Source of the DNA: Actinomycetes bacterium
GTDB lineage: Bacteria > Actinomycetota > Actinomycetes > S36-B12 > UBA5976
DNA length: 64,000 bases
Assembly: GCA_037137575.1 (NCBI GenBank)
Contig: JBAXKB010000001.1
Span: forward strand, 17,876 to 81,875
Direction: 5' to 3'
A model generated the notes under the pieces. The model made no database searches. It saw only the letters and a list, made by a program, of their open reading frames with translations, and was not told where the DNA came from. A program made the position numbers and the translations under genes. Shown here piece by piece: positions 38,209-48,657 of this stretch (positions within the stretch are counted from its first letter, which is position 1; each line of letters opens with the position of its first letter).

Positions 38209-38970
38209 ATGTCGCTTGCAGTTCGGGTTATTCCATGTCTTGATGTCGACAATGGACGCGTAGTTAAGGGCGTTAATTTCGTTGATTTGCGCGATGCTGG
38301 TGACCCAGTTGAACTTGCTCGGGCTTATGGACTGGCGGGCGCAGATGAACTGATTTTCTTGGACATCACAGCGAGTAGTGCTGGCCGACAAACAACGTAT
38401 GACATGGTCAAGCGAGCAGCTGATGAGATTTTTATTCCACTAACTGTTGGTGGTGGAGTGCGAACCGTTGAAGATGTGGATCAACTTCTTCGCTGTGGCG
38501 CAGACAAAGTTGGCATCAATACTGCAGCACTAGCGAATCCAGAATTATTAAATGATGCTTCGAAACGGTTCGGTAATCAGTGCATAGTGCTCTCAGTTGA
38601 TGTTCGTCGAGCGCAAAATTCTGCAAGTGGTTTTGAAGCTACAACTCATGGAGGTCGGCAAAGTAGCGGTAAGGACGCGGTTGCTTGGATTGTTGAAGCA
38701 GTTGAAAGAGGAGCAGGCGAAATCTTGCTGAACTCTATGGACGCAGATGGTACTCAACAGGGTTTTGATTTGGAATTAATCGCTGCAGTGCGCAAAGTTT
38801 GCGATGTTCCACTAATCGCAAGTGGCGGTGCGGGTAAAGTTTCGGATTTTGCCCCAGCAGTAGCCGCAGGCGCAAATGCTGTATTAGCCGCCAGCGTGTT
38901 CCACTTTGGCCAAATGAGCATTGCTGATGTTAAAGCAGATTTGGCAGCGCACGGAATAACTGTTCGTTAA
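38209..38970 (+). CDS. hisF: Imidazole glycerol phosphate synthase, cyclase subunit
   Basis: [19 protein letters not shown] and PLIASGGAG motifs. Confidence 0.94.
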   Translation: MSLAVRVIPCLDVDNGRVVKGVNFVDLRDAGDPVELARAYGLAGADELIFLDITASSAGRQTTYDMVKRAADEIFIPLTVGGGVRTVEDVDQLLRCGADKVGINTAALANPELLNDASKRFGNQCIVLSVDVRRAQNSASGFEATTHGGRQSSGKDAVAWIVEAVERGAGEILLNSMDADGTQQGFDLELIAAVRKVCDVPLIASGGAGKVSDFAPAVAAGANAVLAASVFHFGQMSIADVKADLAAHGITVR

Positions 38971-39611
38971 ATACTCAAATCAGTTAGAGCAAATAGTTCA
39001 AGATCGTGACGTGCGCCATCGAGTTCAATGTTTACTTCACTTCTGCCGTAACTTCTTAAGACCAGATCTGAGACGGATCCACTCACAGTAACTATGCCCG
39101 CACCCTTGGGTGGACGTTTAGCAACAATTGAAGATGCTCCGTCGCTAAGTATCACGCCAACTCGAGCTCGTCGCCAGAGCAACCATGCCGAGTCATGAAG
39201 TCGGGCCATCAGGGCTTGTGCTAATTCAGGAGTTAAAGTCCGCGGCTCCCAATTCGGCCCAGCGCGTAGAACATCTTCGTGATGAACGAAAAATTCAAAT
39301 AAGTTCACAACATTGTCTAAAGCAGTCCAGCCCATTGGATTCCAATTTGGCGGGCCGAGCCGTACTTGCTGAATCAAATCGCTCCATTCGTTGTCAAGAT
39401 AATTTCGTCGGATTGATTCTGTGTAATTACGCAAGAGCGGCACCATGATTCCCAAAGCAGCATCTGGTCTACGCTCACGCAGTACAACATGTGCCGCCAA
39501 GTCACGCACATTCCAGCCAGTGCATAAAGTCGGTGCATCTGGACCAACTGAAACTAGGGTGTTAGCAAAGCTCTCGCGCTCTATGCGAGCCAAATTCGCG
39601 GTGTTGTTCAT
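38967..39611 (-). CDS. DinB-superfamily / mycothiol maleylpyruvate-isomerase N-terminal-domain family protein (TIGR03085-like)
   Basis: N-terminal [33 protein letters not shown] fits the MDMPI_N/DinB-fold pattern (W-x-v-x-dl-x-H). 214 aa. Family assignment is by eye. Confidence 0.5.
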   Translation of the reverse strand: MNNTANLARIERESFANTLVSVGPDAPTLCTGWNVRDLAAHVVLRERRPDAALGIMVPLLRNYTESIRRNYLDNEWSDLIQQVRLGPPNWNPMGWTALDNVVNLFEFFVHHEDVLRAGPNWEPRTLTPELAQALMARLHDSAWLLWRRARVGVILSDGASSIVAKRPPKGAGIVTVSGSVSDLVLRSYGRSEVNIELDGARHDLELFALTDLSI

Positions 39612-39685
39612 GCCTTGAGCGTATAACTATGTGTCCTGCTACGCGCGGTTTCAGCAAAGCCGACCCGATACGGCAGACTAGATGC

Positions 39686-40030
39686 ATGTCAGAAACAGCA
39701 GCGAGTTTCACCTCAGCACTCAACTTCAATAGCGCTGGACTCATTCCTGTTGTCGTTCAGGAGTCAGAGTCCAAAGAAGTTCTAATGCTGGCTTGGATGA
39801 ACCTTGAAGCAGTAACTACAACTATCGAAACTGGTGCTGCCACTTACTGGAGTCGTAGTCGAAATGAGTTGTGGGTAAAGGGTCAAACTTCAGGCAATAC
39901 CCAAGAAGTTAGCTCCATTGCTTACGACTGCGACGCTGACACGATTCTTTTAACCGTAATTCAACACGGCGGCGCATGCCACACTGGTGATCACACTTGT
40001 TTTGATCAACATCAGATCGAGTTGCCATGA
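39686..40030 (+). CDS. hisI: Phosphoribosyl-AMP cyclohydrolase
   Basis: GLIPVVVQE...MLAWMN...YWSRSRNELWVKG.TSG...CD.D..L..V...G.ACHTG pattern. ATG 39686 is preferred to the upstream track start at 39629. Confidence 0.9.
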   Translation: MSETAASFTSALNFNSAGLIPVVVQESESKEVLMLAWMNLEAVTTTIETGAATYWSRSRNELWVKGQTSGNTQEVSSIAYDCDADTILLTVIQHGGACHTGDHTCFDQHQIELP

Positions 40031-41568
40031 CACAAGCATCTGTAACGCTCGAACAATTTCGCACGCTTGCCCTTGATCGACGAGTGATTCCGGTAATTCG
40101 TAAAGTGCACAAGAGTGATTTAAGTGCAATTGAGCTCTATCAGGCTCTTGCGCAGGAGCGCTCAGGAACTTTTTTACTTGAGTCTGCTGAACATGGTTTA
40201 ACTTGGTCTCGCTACTCATTCGTTGGGGTGAACACCTCGGCCATGCTCAGCGAAGTAAATGGTGAAGCCCACTGGTCGGGCCGAGTACCTGAGGGAATCA
40301 TCACTGATACCGATCCACTCCTGGTTTTGCGCGATTTACTGAGCAAACTCCATACCCCAGAAGTTAATGCTGGAGTTAGTTCCGACGAATTGCCACCTTT
40401 AACAGGGGGCGTGGTGGGCTTTCTTGGTTACGACATTGTGCGCAGATTTGAAAAATTGCCGGACGTCACTCCAGACGTACTGCAGGTGCCTGAACTAGCA
40501 ATGTTCTTAGCAACAGATCTGGCCGTAATTGATCATGAGGCCGACTGTATTTTTCTGATTGCCAACGCAATCAACTACGACAACTCAACTGAGCGCGTAG
40601 ATCTAGCGTGGACCGATGCAATTTCGCGCCTTGATGCGATGGAAACACAGTTATCGACTGCCCAGCACGTTTCAGTTCCAGAATTCGATCGCACAATACA
40701 GCCGGAAATCACCCGCGAGACTTCATCGAGCGATTATCAAGCTGCAGTAGAAGTAGCAAAAGAACATATTCGAGCAGGTGATGCATTCCAAATTGTGTTG
40801 TCACAGCGATTCTCGACTCCATGTTCGGCACCCGCGCTTGATGTATATCGCGCACTTCGTGAATCAAATCCAAGTCCATATATGTTCCTAATTCGAGTAC
40901 CAAAAATGACTGGCCCAGATATTCCCTATGGCGAGGTCGCCTTTGACCTCGTTGGTTCCAGCCCTGAAGCTCTAGTTCGCCTTGTTGACGGTCAAGCCAT
41001 GCTGCACCCAATTGCCGGTACCCGACCTCGAGGGGCTAGCGCCGACTCGGATGCGGCGCTGGCGCAGGAGCTGCTAGCAGATAAAAAAGAACGGGCTGAG
41101 CACTTGATGCTAGTTGACTTAGGGCGCAATGATCTGGGGCGAGTTTGTGAACCAGGCACGGTTGACGTCACTGAATTTATGCACATCGAACGCTATAGCC
41201 ATGTGATGCATATTGTTTCTACTGTTGTTGGCCAGGTGGATTCGCAAATGCATCCACTTGATTTAGTTCGCGCAACTTTCCCTGCTGGCACCTTATCTGG
41301 AGCGCCAAAGCCAATGGCGATGGAAATCATTGAAGGGCTCGAACCAAGTCGTCGCGGAATTTATGGTGGCTGTGTCGGCTATTTCGATTTCGCTGGAAAT
41401 CTGGACACTGCAATCGCAATTCGTAGCGCGTTACTAAAGGACGCAAAAGCATATGTGCAGGCAGGAGCTGGCGTGGTCGCTGACTCTGTTGCCGCTAGTG
41501 AAGATGCTGAGTGTCAGGCAAAAGCTGCAGCTGTTCTGCGCGCTGTCGCTGCGGCGGAAAACGGATGA
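40027..41568 (+). CDS. trpE: Anthranilate synthase component I
   Basis: 513 aa with LESAE, FQIVLSQRF, GTRPRG and GAPK motifs. ATGA overlap with hisI. Confidence 0.93.
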   Translation: MTQASVTLEQFRTLALDRRVIPVIRKVHKSDLSAIELYQALAQERSGTFLLESAEHGLTWSRYSFVGVNTSAMLSEVNGEAHWSGRVPEGIITDTDPLLVLRDLLSKLHTPEVNAGVSSDELPPLTGGVVGFLGYDIVRRFEKLPDVTPDVLQVPELAMFLATDLAVIDHEADCIFLIANAINYDNSTERVDLAWTDAISRLDAMETQLSTAQHVSVPEFDRTIQPEITRETSSSDYQAAVEVAKEHIRAGDAFQIVLSQRFSTPCSAPALDVYRALRESNPSPYMFLIRVPKMTGPDIPYGEVAFDLVGSSPEALVRLVDGQAMLHPIAGTRPRGASADSDAALAQELLADKKERAEHLMLVDLGRNDLGRVCEPGTVDVTEFMHIERYSHVMHIVSTVVGQVDSQMHPLDLVRATFPAGTLSGAPKPMAMEIIEGLEPSRRGIYGGCVGYFDFAGNLDTAIAIRSALLKDAKAYVQAGAGVVADSVAASEDAECQAKAAAVLRAVAAAENG

Positions 41569-42107
41569 GTAGCAAAGCCAGTTTAAGTGTGCTCACAATT
41601 TGCTCGATTATTTTGCTTTTTATTTCAGGTCGAGTTTGGGTTACCGCAAATTTCGCTGAAGCAAATACACCCACTCTGGCTCTTCCCATAACGGGTCGCG
41701 CACTTAATCCACTCGGCGCTGGCTGTGCTTGGGCCCTAATCGCAAGCGTTCTAGCTTTTCTGGTGTCCAAAGGTGTGCTTCGTAAACTAGTTGCTTTAGT
41801 TATGGTCTTGCTCAGCGCCGGCACACTCTTTAGTAGTTGGAGCACTCAGGGGCCAACTATCGCCAGTCAGGTGGATTCACTAACTTCCGAAGCTATTGGT
41901 CGGACGGTGAAATCTGTAATTTTCACCAGTAATCATCTCTGGCTAGTTGCTTTTACTTGTTCGATGTTTTGCCTTGCGATGTCCATTTTTTTACTATTAA
42001 GCCCAAGCGCACCAGCCAAACCAAAAAGATATGATCGCTCTGAAAATGTCGCTGAACTCTCACCATGGCAGGCGCTAGACGCTGGCCTAGATCCAACGCA
42101 GGATTAG
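41565..42107 (+). CDS. Trp-operon-associated membrane protein (TIGR02234-like)
   Basis: About 180 aa with four predicted TM helices. ATGA overlap with the trpE stop, the position this family usually occupies in actinobacterial trp clusters. Confidence 0.6.
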   Translation: MSSKASLSVLTICSIILLFISGRVWVTANFAEANTPTLALPITGRALNPLGAGCAWALIASVLAFLVSKGVLRKLVALVMVLLSAGTLFSSWSTQGPTIASQVDSLTSEAIGRTVKSVIFTSNHLWLVAFTCSMFCLAMSIFLLLSPSAPAKPKRYDRSENVAELSPWQALDAGLDPTQD

Positions 42108-42155
42108 TTCTGTATTTCCAATAAACTGTTAGCAAGAAATCTAAGGGGACTTTAA

Positions 42156-42353
42156 ATGAGTGAAGAGATAGATCATGGACACACAGTTGCTGCCTGGACT
42201 GCAGTCGCCATAATCACTTTGGCTTTCTTGATTGGCACAATCGGTGTCGTGGTTGCTAAACCTACAATTTTTTGGATTGGCACAGCCCTTATTCCAGTTG
42301 GCTTAATCGTCGGTAAAGTTTTGGCACTACTAGGCTTTGGCGCAAAAAAGTAA
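42156..42353 (+). CDS. HGxxPAAW-family small membrane protein
   Basis: 65 aa. HGHTVAAW is followed by two TM helices. AAGGGGA RBS upstream. Conserved trp-cluster position. Confidence 0.65.
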   Translation: MSEEIDHGHTVAAWTAVAIITLAFLIGTIGVVVAKPTIFWIGTALIPVGLIVGKVLALLGFGAKK

Positions 42354-42426
42354 GTTCCTAAATTTTTGACGTATTTCTTACAATTACCGTAAAGACTGCG
42401 TTCATTTAACAGGCATAGTTAGTAAT

Positions 42427-43110
42427 GTGAATAATCCACGAGGTCTAGTACTTATCGTTGAAGACGATGAAACAATTGCTGACCTTTTTCGTAGGTACTT
42501 AGCTCGTGAAGGTCTTGGCGTGCACTGGGTTTCAACCGGGCAAGCTGCGTTGGAGGCAGTGCGCACTTTAAAGCCTGCGGTAATCCTCTTAGATATTGGT
42601 TTGCCTGACATGGACGGTGTTGCTGTGTGCCAGCAACTGCGCGCTGAAAAGAATTGGACGCCAATAATTTTCTGCACCGCTCGCGATGACGAAATCAGTC
42701 GCATCTTAGGTCTTGAGATGGGAGCGGATGATTACATCACCAAGCCGCCGAGTCCAAGAGAAGTAGTAGCCAGAGTTAAAGTGTGGTTGCGCCGAGCAAA
42801 TGGATTGCCGATGGACGCTGAACAAATAAAAATTGGAAATCTAATTCTTGATCCGAGCGCCCGAACTGTGTCAGTTGATGATGAAAAAGTTGAATTAACT
42901 GCTACCGAGTTTGATTTGTTGGCTTACTTGATGTCTCGTCCTGGACATGTTTTCAGCCGTGACGAACTCTTAAGTCATGTGTGGGGCTACTCGTCAGTTG
43001 TGGGCACTCGCACTGTAGATGTGCACGTCGCGCAGGTTCGCGCCAAACTCGGTGAACCAAATCCAATTCGCACAGCGCGCGGGGTTGGGTATTCGGTGAC
43101 TAAGGCGTGA
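42427..43110 (+). CDS. OmpR/PhoB-family response regulator
   Basis: Receiver domain (VEDDE, LLDIGLPDMDG, ITKP) plus a winged-helix output domain (RTVDVHVAQVRAKL...GVGY). GTG start with no obvious SD. Confidence 0.88.
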   Translation: MNNPRGLVLIVEDDETIADLFRRYLAREGLGVHWVSTGQAALEAVRTLKPAVILLDIGLPDMDGVAVCQQLRAEKNWTPIIFCTARDDEISRILGLEMGADDYITKPPSPREVVARVKVWLRRANGLPMDAEQIKIGNLILDPSARTVSVDDEKVELTATEFDLLAYLMSRPGHVFSRDELLSHVWGYSSVVGTRTVDVHVAQVRAKLGEPNPIRTARGVGYSVTKA

Positions 43111-44489
43111 AAATTTTTTCCTCGCTTAGTTCCCGAGCAGTACTGCTAACTGGCGCGGTTTCAGCGATCACTGTTCTTATCGCGGGAATAGTTGCTTTTC
43201 CGTTGATTCGCACAGCCGCGCAAGATCAAGCGCAGGCAACCCTGGCAAGTCAGGCGAATTTGGTGCACAACATCGCTACTAAGCCAGACGATTTAGACAT
43301 CGATAACGTACCGGGAAATCACGAGTCACCGCAGCGAGCCTTGTTGGGTATTGTGCGCTATTTGCAGGCGCAAGGCATTGAAGTTCAAGCCATTATGCCT
43401 GGGCAAATTGAACCTCGGGAACTTTCGGTAGGGCAACTTAGGGCAATTTCGGCCGGCCGAGAGGTAAGCGGTCGAACTTGCACAAGTGGTCGGTGCGTAT
43501 TTGTTGAAGCTCGCCCTGTTGGTGCCGGTACTGGAATTTTGCTGGTGCAACCGATGTCGGTTTTGTCCTCGGTTACCAGTGAAGCTCTCAACCGCATTTT
43601 GTTGGCGCTGTTAGCCGGGTTCGCAGTGGCGGTAGCCGTCGGAGTGCTGTTCGCACGAAGGCTAGCGCGGCCGCTAGCGCAGGCTGCAGCAGCTGCACAC
43701 CAACTAGCGCAGGGTGAACGTAATGTTCGACTCGTCCCGGAAGGACCGGATGAGATTTCTGAAATTGCTCTTGCATTGAATGTGCTCTCCGATGAACTAA
43801 CGCATAGTGAAGGTCGCCAACGCGAATTTCTGTTATCTGTTTCGCACGAGTTGCGCACACCCTTAACGGCTATCCGTGGTTATGCCGAAGCCATGGTCGA
43901 TGGAGTAGTCACTTCTAATGAATTGGACCGCGTTGGCAAAATTATTGAATCTGAATCATTACGGTTAGAGCGACTCGTTAGCGACCTGCTTGATTTAGCC
44001 CGAACTGGCGCTGTCGATTTCCAAATCAATCTTGATGAGATTGATCTAGTGCGAGTCATGCGAGATGCAGCTGATGTTTGGCAAACTCGTTGCACGCGCG
44101 AAGGTGTTACCTTTTCACTTGATACTTCAGAGCAGCCGGTGATTGTCACATCCGACATTGGCCGAATCCGACAAATTATTGATAACTTGCTGGAAAATGC
44201 GCTACGAGTTACTCCAGCGGGAGCGCCCATAGTTCTTTCGCTTAGCCAGGATGCGGTGATAGAAGTGCGCGACGGTGGGCCTGGGTTATCTGAAGGTGAC
44301 ATCGCCGTGGCATTTGAACCAGGTGAACTTTACGAGCGATATCGAGCGGTTCGTAAAGTGGGCACTGGCTTGGGTCTGGCTCTAGTTGCTCGCCTGGCCA
44401 GTCGACTTGGTGCCACGGCCAGCGCTGGCACTGCGCCAGAAGGCGGGGCATGCTTTCGCATTGAGCTCACTTCCTTGCAAACCGTCTAG
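43107..44489 (+). CDS. Sensor histidine kinase (two TM helices, periplasmic-type loop, HAMP, HisKA, HATPase)
   Basis: H-box SVSHELRTPLTAIRGY, N-box DNLLENALR, and DGGPGL / GTGLGLALV. GTGA overlap with the response regulator. Confidence 0.88.
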   Translation: MKIFSSLSSRAVLLTGAVSAITVLIAGIVAFPLIRTAAQDQAQATLASQANLVHNIATKPDDLDIDNVPGNHESPQRALLGIVRYLQAQGIEVQAIMPGQIEPRELSVGQLRAISAGREVSGRTCTSGRCVFVEARPVGAGTGILLVQPMSVLSSVTSEALNRILLALLAGFAVAVAVGVLFARRLARPLAQAAAAAHQLAQGERNVRLVPEGPDEISEIALALNVLSDELTHSEGRQREFLLSVSHELRTPLTAIRGYAEAMVDGVVTSNELDRVGKIIESESLRLERLVSDLLDLARTGAVDFQINLDEIDLVRVMRDAADVWQTRCTREGVTFSLDTSEQPVIVTSDIGRIRQIIDNLLENALRVTPAGAPIVLSLSQDAVIEVRDGGPGLSEGDIAVAFEPGELYERYRAVRKVGTGLGLALVARLASRLGATASAGTAPEGGACFRIELTSLQTV

Positions 44490-44521
44490 AATTAAGCAAA
44501 TACAGTTCGCAAGGGATAAAC

Positions 44522-45334
44522 ATGAGCACAGTACTTGAGTCCATCATCGATGGCGTGCGCGAAGACCTGGCAAACCGTCAAGCAAAAGTTTCTCAAACTC
44601 AATTAGAAGCGTTGATTCGAGATGTTGCTCCAGCACTGCCGGCTGCAACAAATCTGCGAAATGCAACTTTCAGCGTTATTAGTGAAGTTAAACGATCGAG
44701 TCCGAGTAAAGGACATCTTGCTGACATTACCTCACCGGGAACTTTGGCTAGCAAATATGCCGAGGGTGATGCTGCCGTAGTTAGCGTTTTAACCGAAGAG
44801 CGCAGATTTAGCGGAACGCTTGCCGATCTAGACATAGTGCGAGCGAAAATCGATATTCCAATATTGCGCAAAGACTTCATGGTTACCGAATACCAAATTA
44901 TTGAATCAAGAGCGCATGGCGCTGATGTAATTTTGTTGATCGTGGCTGGACTTGATCAAACGCAGCTACGCGACTTTAACGATGTAGCGCTTGGTCTGGG
45001 CATGTCTGTACTTGTTGAAATCCATGACGAAGCCGAATTAGATCGGGCCATGGATATTGAGCCAGCGCTTCTAGGAGTTAACGCGCGTAATCTTAAGACT
45101 CTCGAAGTAGATCTAGCAGTTTGTCAACGAGTCATTCCACTGATTCCCAAGGAAATTGTGGCCGTAGCCGAGTCAGGAATTGCCACGATTGATGACGTAA
45201 TAATGCTTGCCCGCGGGGGAGCCGACGCCATTTTGGTCGGCGAGGCTTTGGTCCGCGGTGGTGCTCCTTGCGAAACTGTCCGAGAATGGAAGCAAGCAGG
45301 AACTGAAGAGCGAAATACGGATGGTGTGCGATGA
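44522..45334 (+). CDS. trpC: Indole-3-glycerol phosphate synthase
   Basis: [19 protein letters not shown] and GVNARNL motifs. Confidence 0.92.
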   Translation: MSTVLESIIDGVREDLANRQAKVSQTQLEALIRDVAPALPAATNLRNATFSVISEVKRSSPSKGHLADITSPGTLASKYAEGDAAVVSVLTEERRFSGTLADLDIVRAKIDIPILRKDFMVTEYQIIESRAHGADVILLIVAGLDQTQLRDFNDVALGLGMSVLVEIHDEAELDRAMDIEPALLGVNARNLKTLEVDLAVCQRVIPLIPKEIVAVAESGIATIDDVIMLARGGADAILVGEALVRGGAPCETVREWKQAGTEERNTDGVR

Positions 45335-46542
45335 CAAGTGAAGCAGTAATGAGCCCAGATACCAGTGGCCATTTTGGTCCCTTTGGTGGACGGTTTGTGC
45401 CTGAAGCCTTGATGGCTGCACTTGATGAGTTAGACGCAGCATTTCGTAGTGCTAAAGCAGATCCAGTATTCCTTGCTGAATTAAATGATTTGCAAGTTAA
45501 CTACACCGGACGCCCAAGCCCAATCACAATCGCAAGTCGATTCTCCGAGCATGCTGGTGGCGCAACAATTTTGCTAAAGCGTGAAGATTTGAACCACACA
45601 GGTTCGCACAAGATTAACAACGTTCTTGGTCAAGCACTTCTAACAAAGCGCATGGGAAAATCTCGCGTAATTGCTGAAACTGGTGCAGGTCAGCACGGTG
45701 TTGCAACTGCAACAGCTGCTGCGCTTCTTGGTCTTGAATGTGTTGTTTACATGGGCGAAGAAGATACCAAGCGCCAGGCCCTAAACGTTGCTCGCATGGA
45801 ACTTCTTGGCGCAACTGTTATTCCAGTTACAACAGGTAGCCGCACACTTAAAGATGCAATTAACGAAGCCATGCGCGACTGGGTCGCAAACGTTGAAGAT
45901 ACTCACTACTTATTAGGAACGGTTGCTGGACCAGCACCATTTCCTGAGATGGTCCGTGACTTCCATCGCATTATTGGTGATGAATCTCGTGAGCAGATGC
46001 TCTCTCGTTTTGGCCGATTGCCAGATGTGGTTGCTGCCTGTGTTGGTGGCGGATCTAACGCGATCGGAATTTTCACAGCGTTCATGGGCGATGAATCAGT
46101 GCGACTCGTTGGCTTTGAAGCTGGTGGCGATGGTGTTGAAACAGGTCGTCATGCTGCAACGATTACCGGTGGCGCAATCGGAGTTTTGCACGGAACACGT
46201 TCTTATGTTTTGCAAGACGATGAAGGTCAGACTATTGAAAGTCATTCAATTAGTGCTGGTCTTGATTACCCAGGTGTTGGGCCAGAGCATGCATTCTTGG
46301 CCCACATTGGTCGCGCTGAATATCGTCCAGTGACTGATACACAAGCTATGGAAGCATTCCGATTGTTGTGCACAACTGAAGGAATAATTCCAGCGATTGA
46401 AACTGCGCACGCATTGCATGGCGCACTTGAACTCGGCAAAGAACTCGGTCCAGATGCCATTATCTTGCTCAACTGTTCAGGCCGCGGCGATAAGGATGTT
46501 GCTACCGCAGCAAGCTGGTTTAACTTGATGGATGCAAAGTAA
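45331..46542 (+). CDS. trpB: Tryptophan synthase beta chain
   Basis: [24 protein letters not shown] (PLP lysine) and GGGSNAIG motifs. Confidence 0.95.
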   Translation: MTSEAVMSPDTSGHFGPFGGRFVPEALMAALDELDAAFRSAKADPVFLAELNDLQVNYTGRPSPITIASRFSEHAGGATILLKREDLNHTGSHKINNVLGQALLTKRMGKSRVIAETGAGQHGVATATAAALLGLECVVYMGEEDTKRQALNVARMELLGATVIPVTTGSRTLKDAINEAMRDWVANVEDTHYLLGTVAGPAPFPEMVRDFHRIIGDESREQMLSRFGRLPDVVAACVGGGSNAIGIFTAFMGDESVRLVGFEAGGDGVETGRHAATITGGAIGVLHGTRSYVLQDDEGQTIESHSISAGLDYPGVGPEHAFLAHIGRAEYRPVTDTQAMEAFRLLCTTEGIIPAIETAHALHGALELGKELGPDAIILLNCSGRGDKDVATAASWFNLMDAK

Positions 46543-47321
46543 TGACAACGATCGCACAGGCATTCAAAAAAGCCCACGAAGAGAATCGCGCTGCCCTAAT
46601 TGGTTACCTTCCTGCCGGATACCCATCAGTTGCAGGCGCAGTTGATTGCATCGCTGCCATGGTTGAAGGTGGCGTAGACATTATCGAAATCGGCCTTCCG
46701 TACAGCGATCCGCTTATGGATGGCATCACCATTCAAGAAGCAGTTCAACAGTCTTTAGAAAATGGGACCAAGATTGCGGATGTAATTGGAACTGCAGCGA
46801 AGGTAAGCGAACTCGGGGTGGCAACTCTGATTATGTCTTACTGGAATCCAATCGAACGTTATGGCGTGGACAAGTTTGCTAGCGAATTACATGCAGCTGG
46901 GGGAGTCGGGGTAATCACACCAGACCTAACTCCTGAAGAGGCGCATGCGTGGGTTGAAGCAACAGATGCAAACGAAATTGATCGAGTATTTCTTGTCGCA
47001 CTATCAAGCACAGATGAGCGCTTAGCTACTGTTGCTGCAGCTACTACGGGTTTCGTTTACGCCGGGGCAGTCATGGGCGTGACAGGAGCTCGCACCTCAC
47101 TAGGTGACGCTGTTCGCGAAGTTGTAACCCGCACGCGTGAATACACAGATTTGCCGATCGCTGTTGGACTAGGTGTTTCAACGCCGGAACAAGCTCATGA
47201 GATTGCCCAATTTGCCGATGGCGTAATTGTTGGCAGTGCATTTATCAACGCGATCAACTCTGGTGGCCCAGATGCCGCCCGTGAGCTAGCGCAAAAATTG
47301 CGAGCTGGAGTTGTGCGATAA
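46542..47321 (+). CDS. trpA: Tryptophan synthase alpha chain
   Basis: IEIGLPYSDPLMDG and GFVYAGAVMGVTG motifs. TAATG overlap with trpB. Confidence 0.93.
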   Translation: MTTIAQAFKKAHEENRAALIGYLPAGYPSVAGAVDCIAAMVEGGVDIIEIGLPYSDPLMDGITIQEAVQQSLENGTKIADVIGTAAKVSELGVATLIMSYWNPIERYGVDKFASELHAAGGVGVITPDLTPEEAHAWVEATDANEIDRVFLVALSSTDERLATVAAATTGFVYAGAVMGVTGARTSLGDAVREVVTRTREYTDLPIAVGLGVSTPEQAHEIAQFADGVIVGSAFINAINSGGPDAARELAQKLRAGVVR

Positions 47322-47828
47322 ATGAAGCGACTTTTAAGTAATCCGTATTCGGGTTTAGTCTCTCGTTTGGTCCTTGCTTTAGTACTGCTAGTCGCAGGTG
47401 GTGCAAAGTTTTTTGAAGGTGGCTTTGCCGCGCAGCGAGCAATTAATGCATACAAAGTCTTTCCACCATCATGGGCGCCGTTTCTTGGCTACGCACTTCC
47501 AGGTCTTGAGATTGTTCTAGGACTTTTATTGTTATTCGGCATGTTTGTTCGGATTAGTTCCCTGATTACGGCGCTACTCATGACCGGGTTTATTGCTGGA
47601 ATCATTAGCGTTTGGGTGCGCGGCTACAGCATTGACTGTGGCTGTTTCGGCGGCGGTGGCGAAGTTTCTGGGGCCGGCAAGAATTTACGGTATGCAAAGG
47701 AGATTTTGCGTGACCTCCTTTTTGTTGGCATTGCGGTTCGACTAGCCATTTGGCCGCACACCCCTTTGGCTTTTGAGAATCTTGGTAAAGTGGAGGCTGG
47801 CTCTCCAGAGTTCGTTGAAGTCGACTAA
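47322..47828 (+). CDS. MauE/DoxX-family redox-associated membrane protein
   Basis: Four TM helices and a CGCFGGGG motif typical of MauE. The start codon immediately follows the trpA stop. Confidence 0.65.
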   Translation: MKRLLSNPYSGLVSRLVLALVLLVAGGAKFFEGGFAAQRAINAYKVFPPSWAPFLGYALPGLEIVLGLLLLFGMFVRISSLITALLMTGFIAGIISVWVRGYSIDCGCFGGGGEVSGAGKNLRYAKEILRDLLFVGIAVRLAIWPHTPLAFENLGKVEAGSPEFVEVD

Positions 47829-47845
47829 GTCAGGAAGAACGTTAC

Positions 47846-48655
47846 ATGGCAACTAATAATCAAGGTTCCCGCGCTGCTCGTGAAGCAGCTGCGGCTGCTC
47901 GCTCTTCGGCTAAAGCAGAACAGCAAAAGCGTGAACGCAAAATTCAAATTATCGGTGGCGCCGTTGTGCTCATCGTGGTTGCTGCGCTTGTCATAGTGGG
48001 TGTGAATGCAGCAAAAAAGAATGCCGGTGGCATTGATGGAAGTGCTGCACTTCCTAAAGGTGTCACTTCAGACACATTTGGAGTTAAAGTCGGAACAGCC
48101 TGGAAATCACCCAAGGCAGATTCGATTCCAAAACTTGAACTTTGGGAGGATTTCCAGTGCCCTGCGTGTAAGTTCGCAGAAGAGAAGTCTGGTTCCACAA
48201 TCGCAAAGTTGGCTCAGGCGGGCAAACTTCGAGTTGAATATCGACCAACGATTTTCCTAGATGCAAACTTGGTGGCGGAAAATACTGCCGCCGGAAATCC
48301 TGATTCTTCACTTTTAGCGACAATGGCATTTGGCTGCGCTGCAGATGCAGGTAAAGCACAGGAGTTCCATGCCACAGTATTCGCTAATCAGCCTGCTGAA
48401 GGTAAAGGTTACAACCAAGGTGTACTAAATAATTATGCGCAAGACTCTGGGATAAGTGGACAAAAATTATTCACATTCAATGACTGCCTCTCCAGTAAAA
48501 AGTACAACGGTTGGGTGCAGAACTCGTATGTGAAATTCAATGCTGCTGGTGTTACATCCACTCCAACCGGAATTTTAAATGGCAAGGCATTAGATAACAG
48601 CGTATTGACTGACCCGAAAGCTTTGACCAAAGCAATCAAAGCTGCGACTAAGTAA
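47846..48655 (+). CDS. Membrane-anchored DsbA-family thiol:disulfide oxidoreductase
   Basis: N-terminal TM anchor (IIGGAVVLIVVAALVIVGV) and a thioredoxin-fold active site WEDFQCPACK. Confidence 0.8.
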   Translation: MATNNQGSRAAREAAAAARSSAKAEQQKRERKIQIIGGAVVLIVVAALVIVGVNAAKKNAGGIDGSAALPKGVTSDTFGVKVGTAWKSPKADSIPKLELWEDFQCPACKFAEEKSGSTIAKLAQAGKLRVEYRPTIFLDANLVAENTAAGNPDSSLLATMAFGCAADAGKAQEFHATVFANQPAEGKGYNQGVLNNYAQDSGISGQKLFTFNDCLSSKKYNGWVQNSYVKFNAAGVTSTPTGILNGKALDNSVLTDPKALTKAIKAATK

Positions 48656-48657
48656 AA

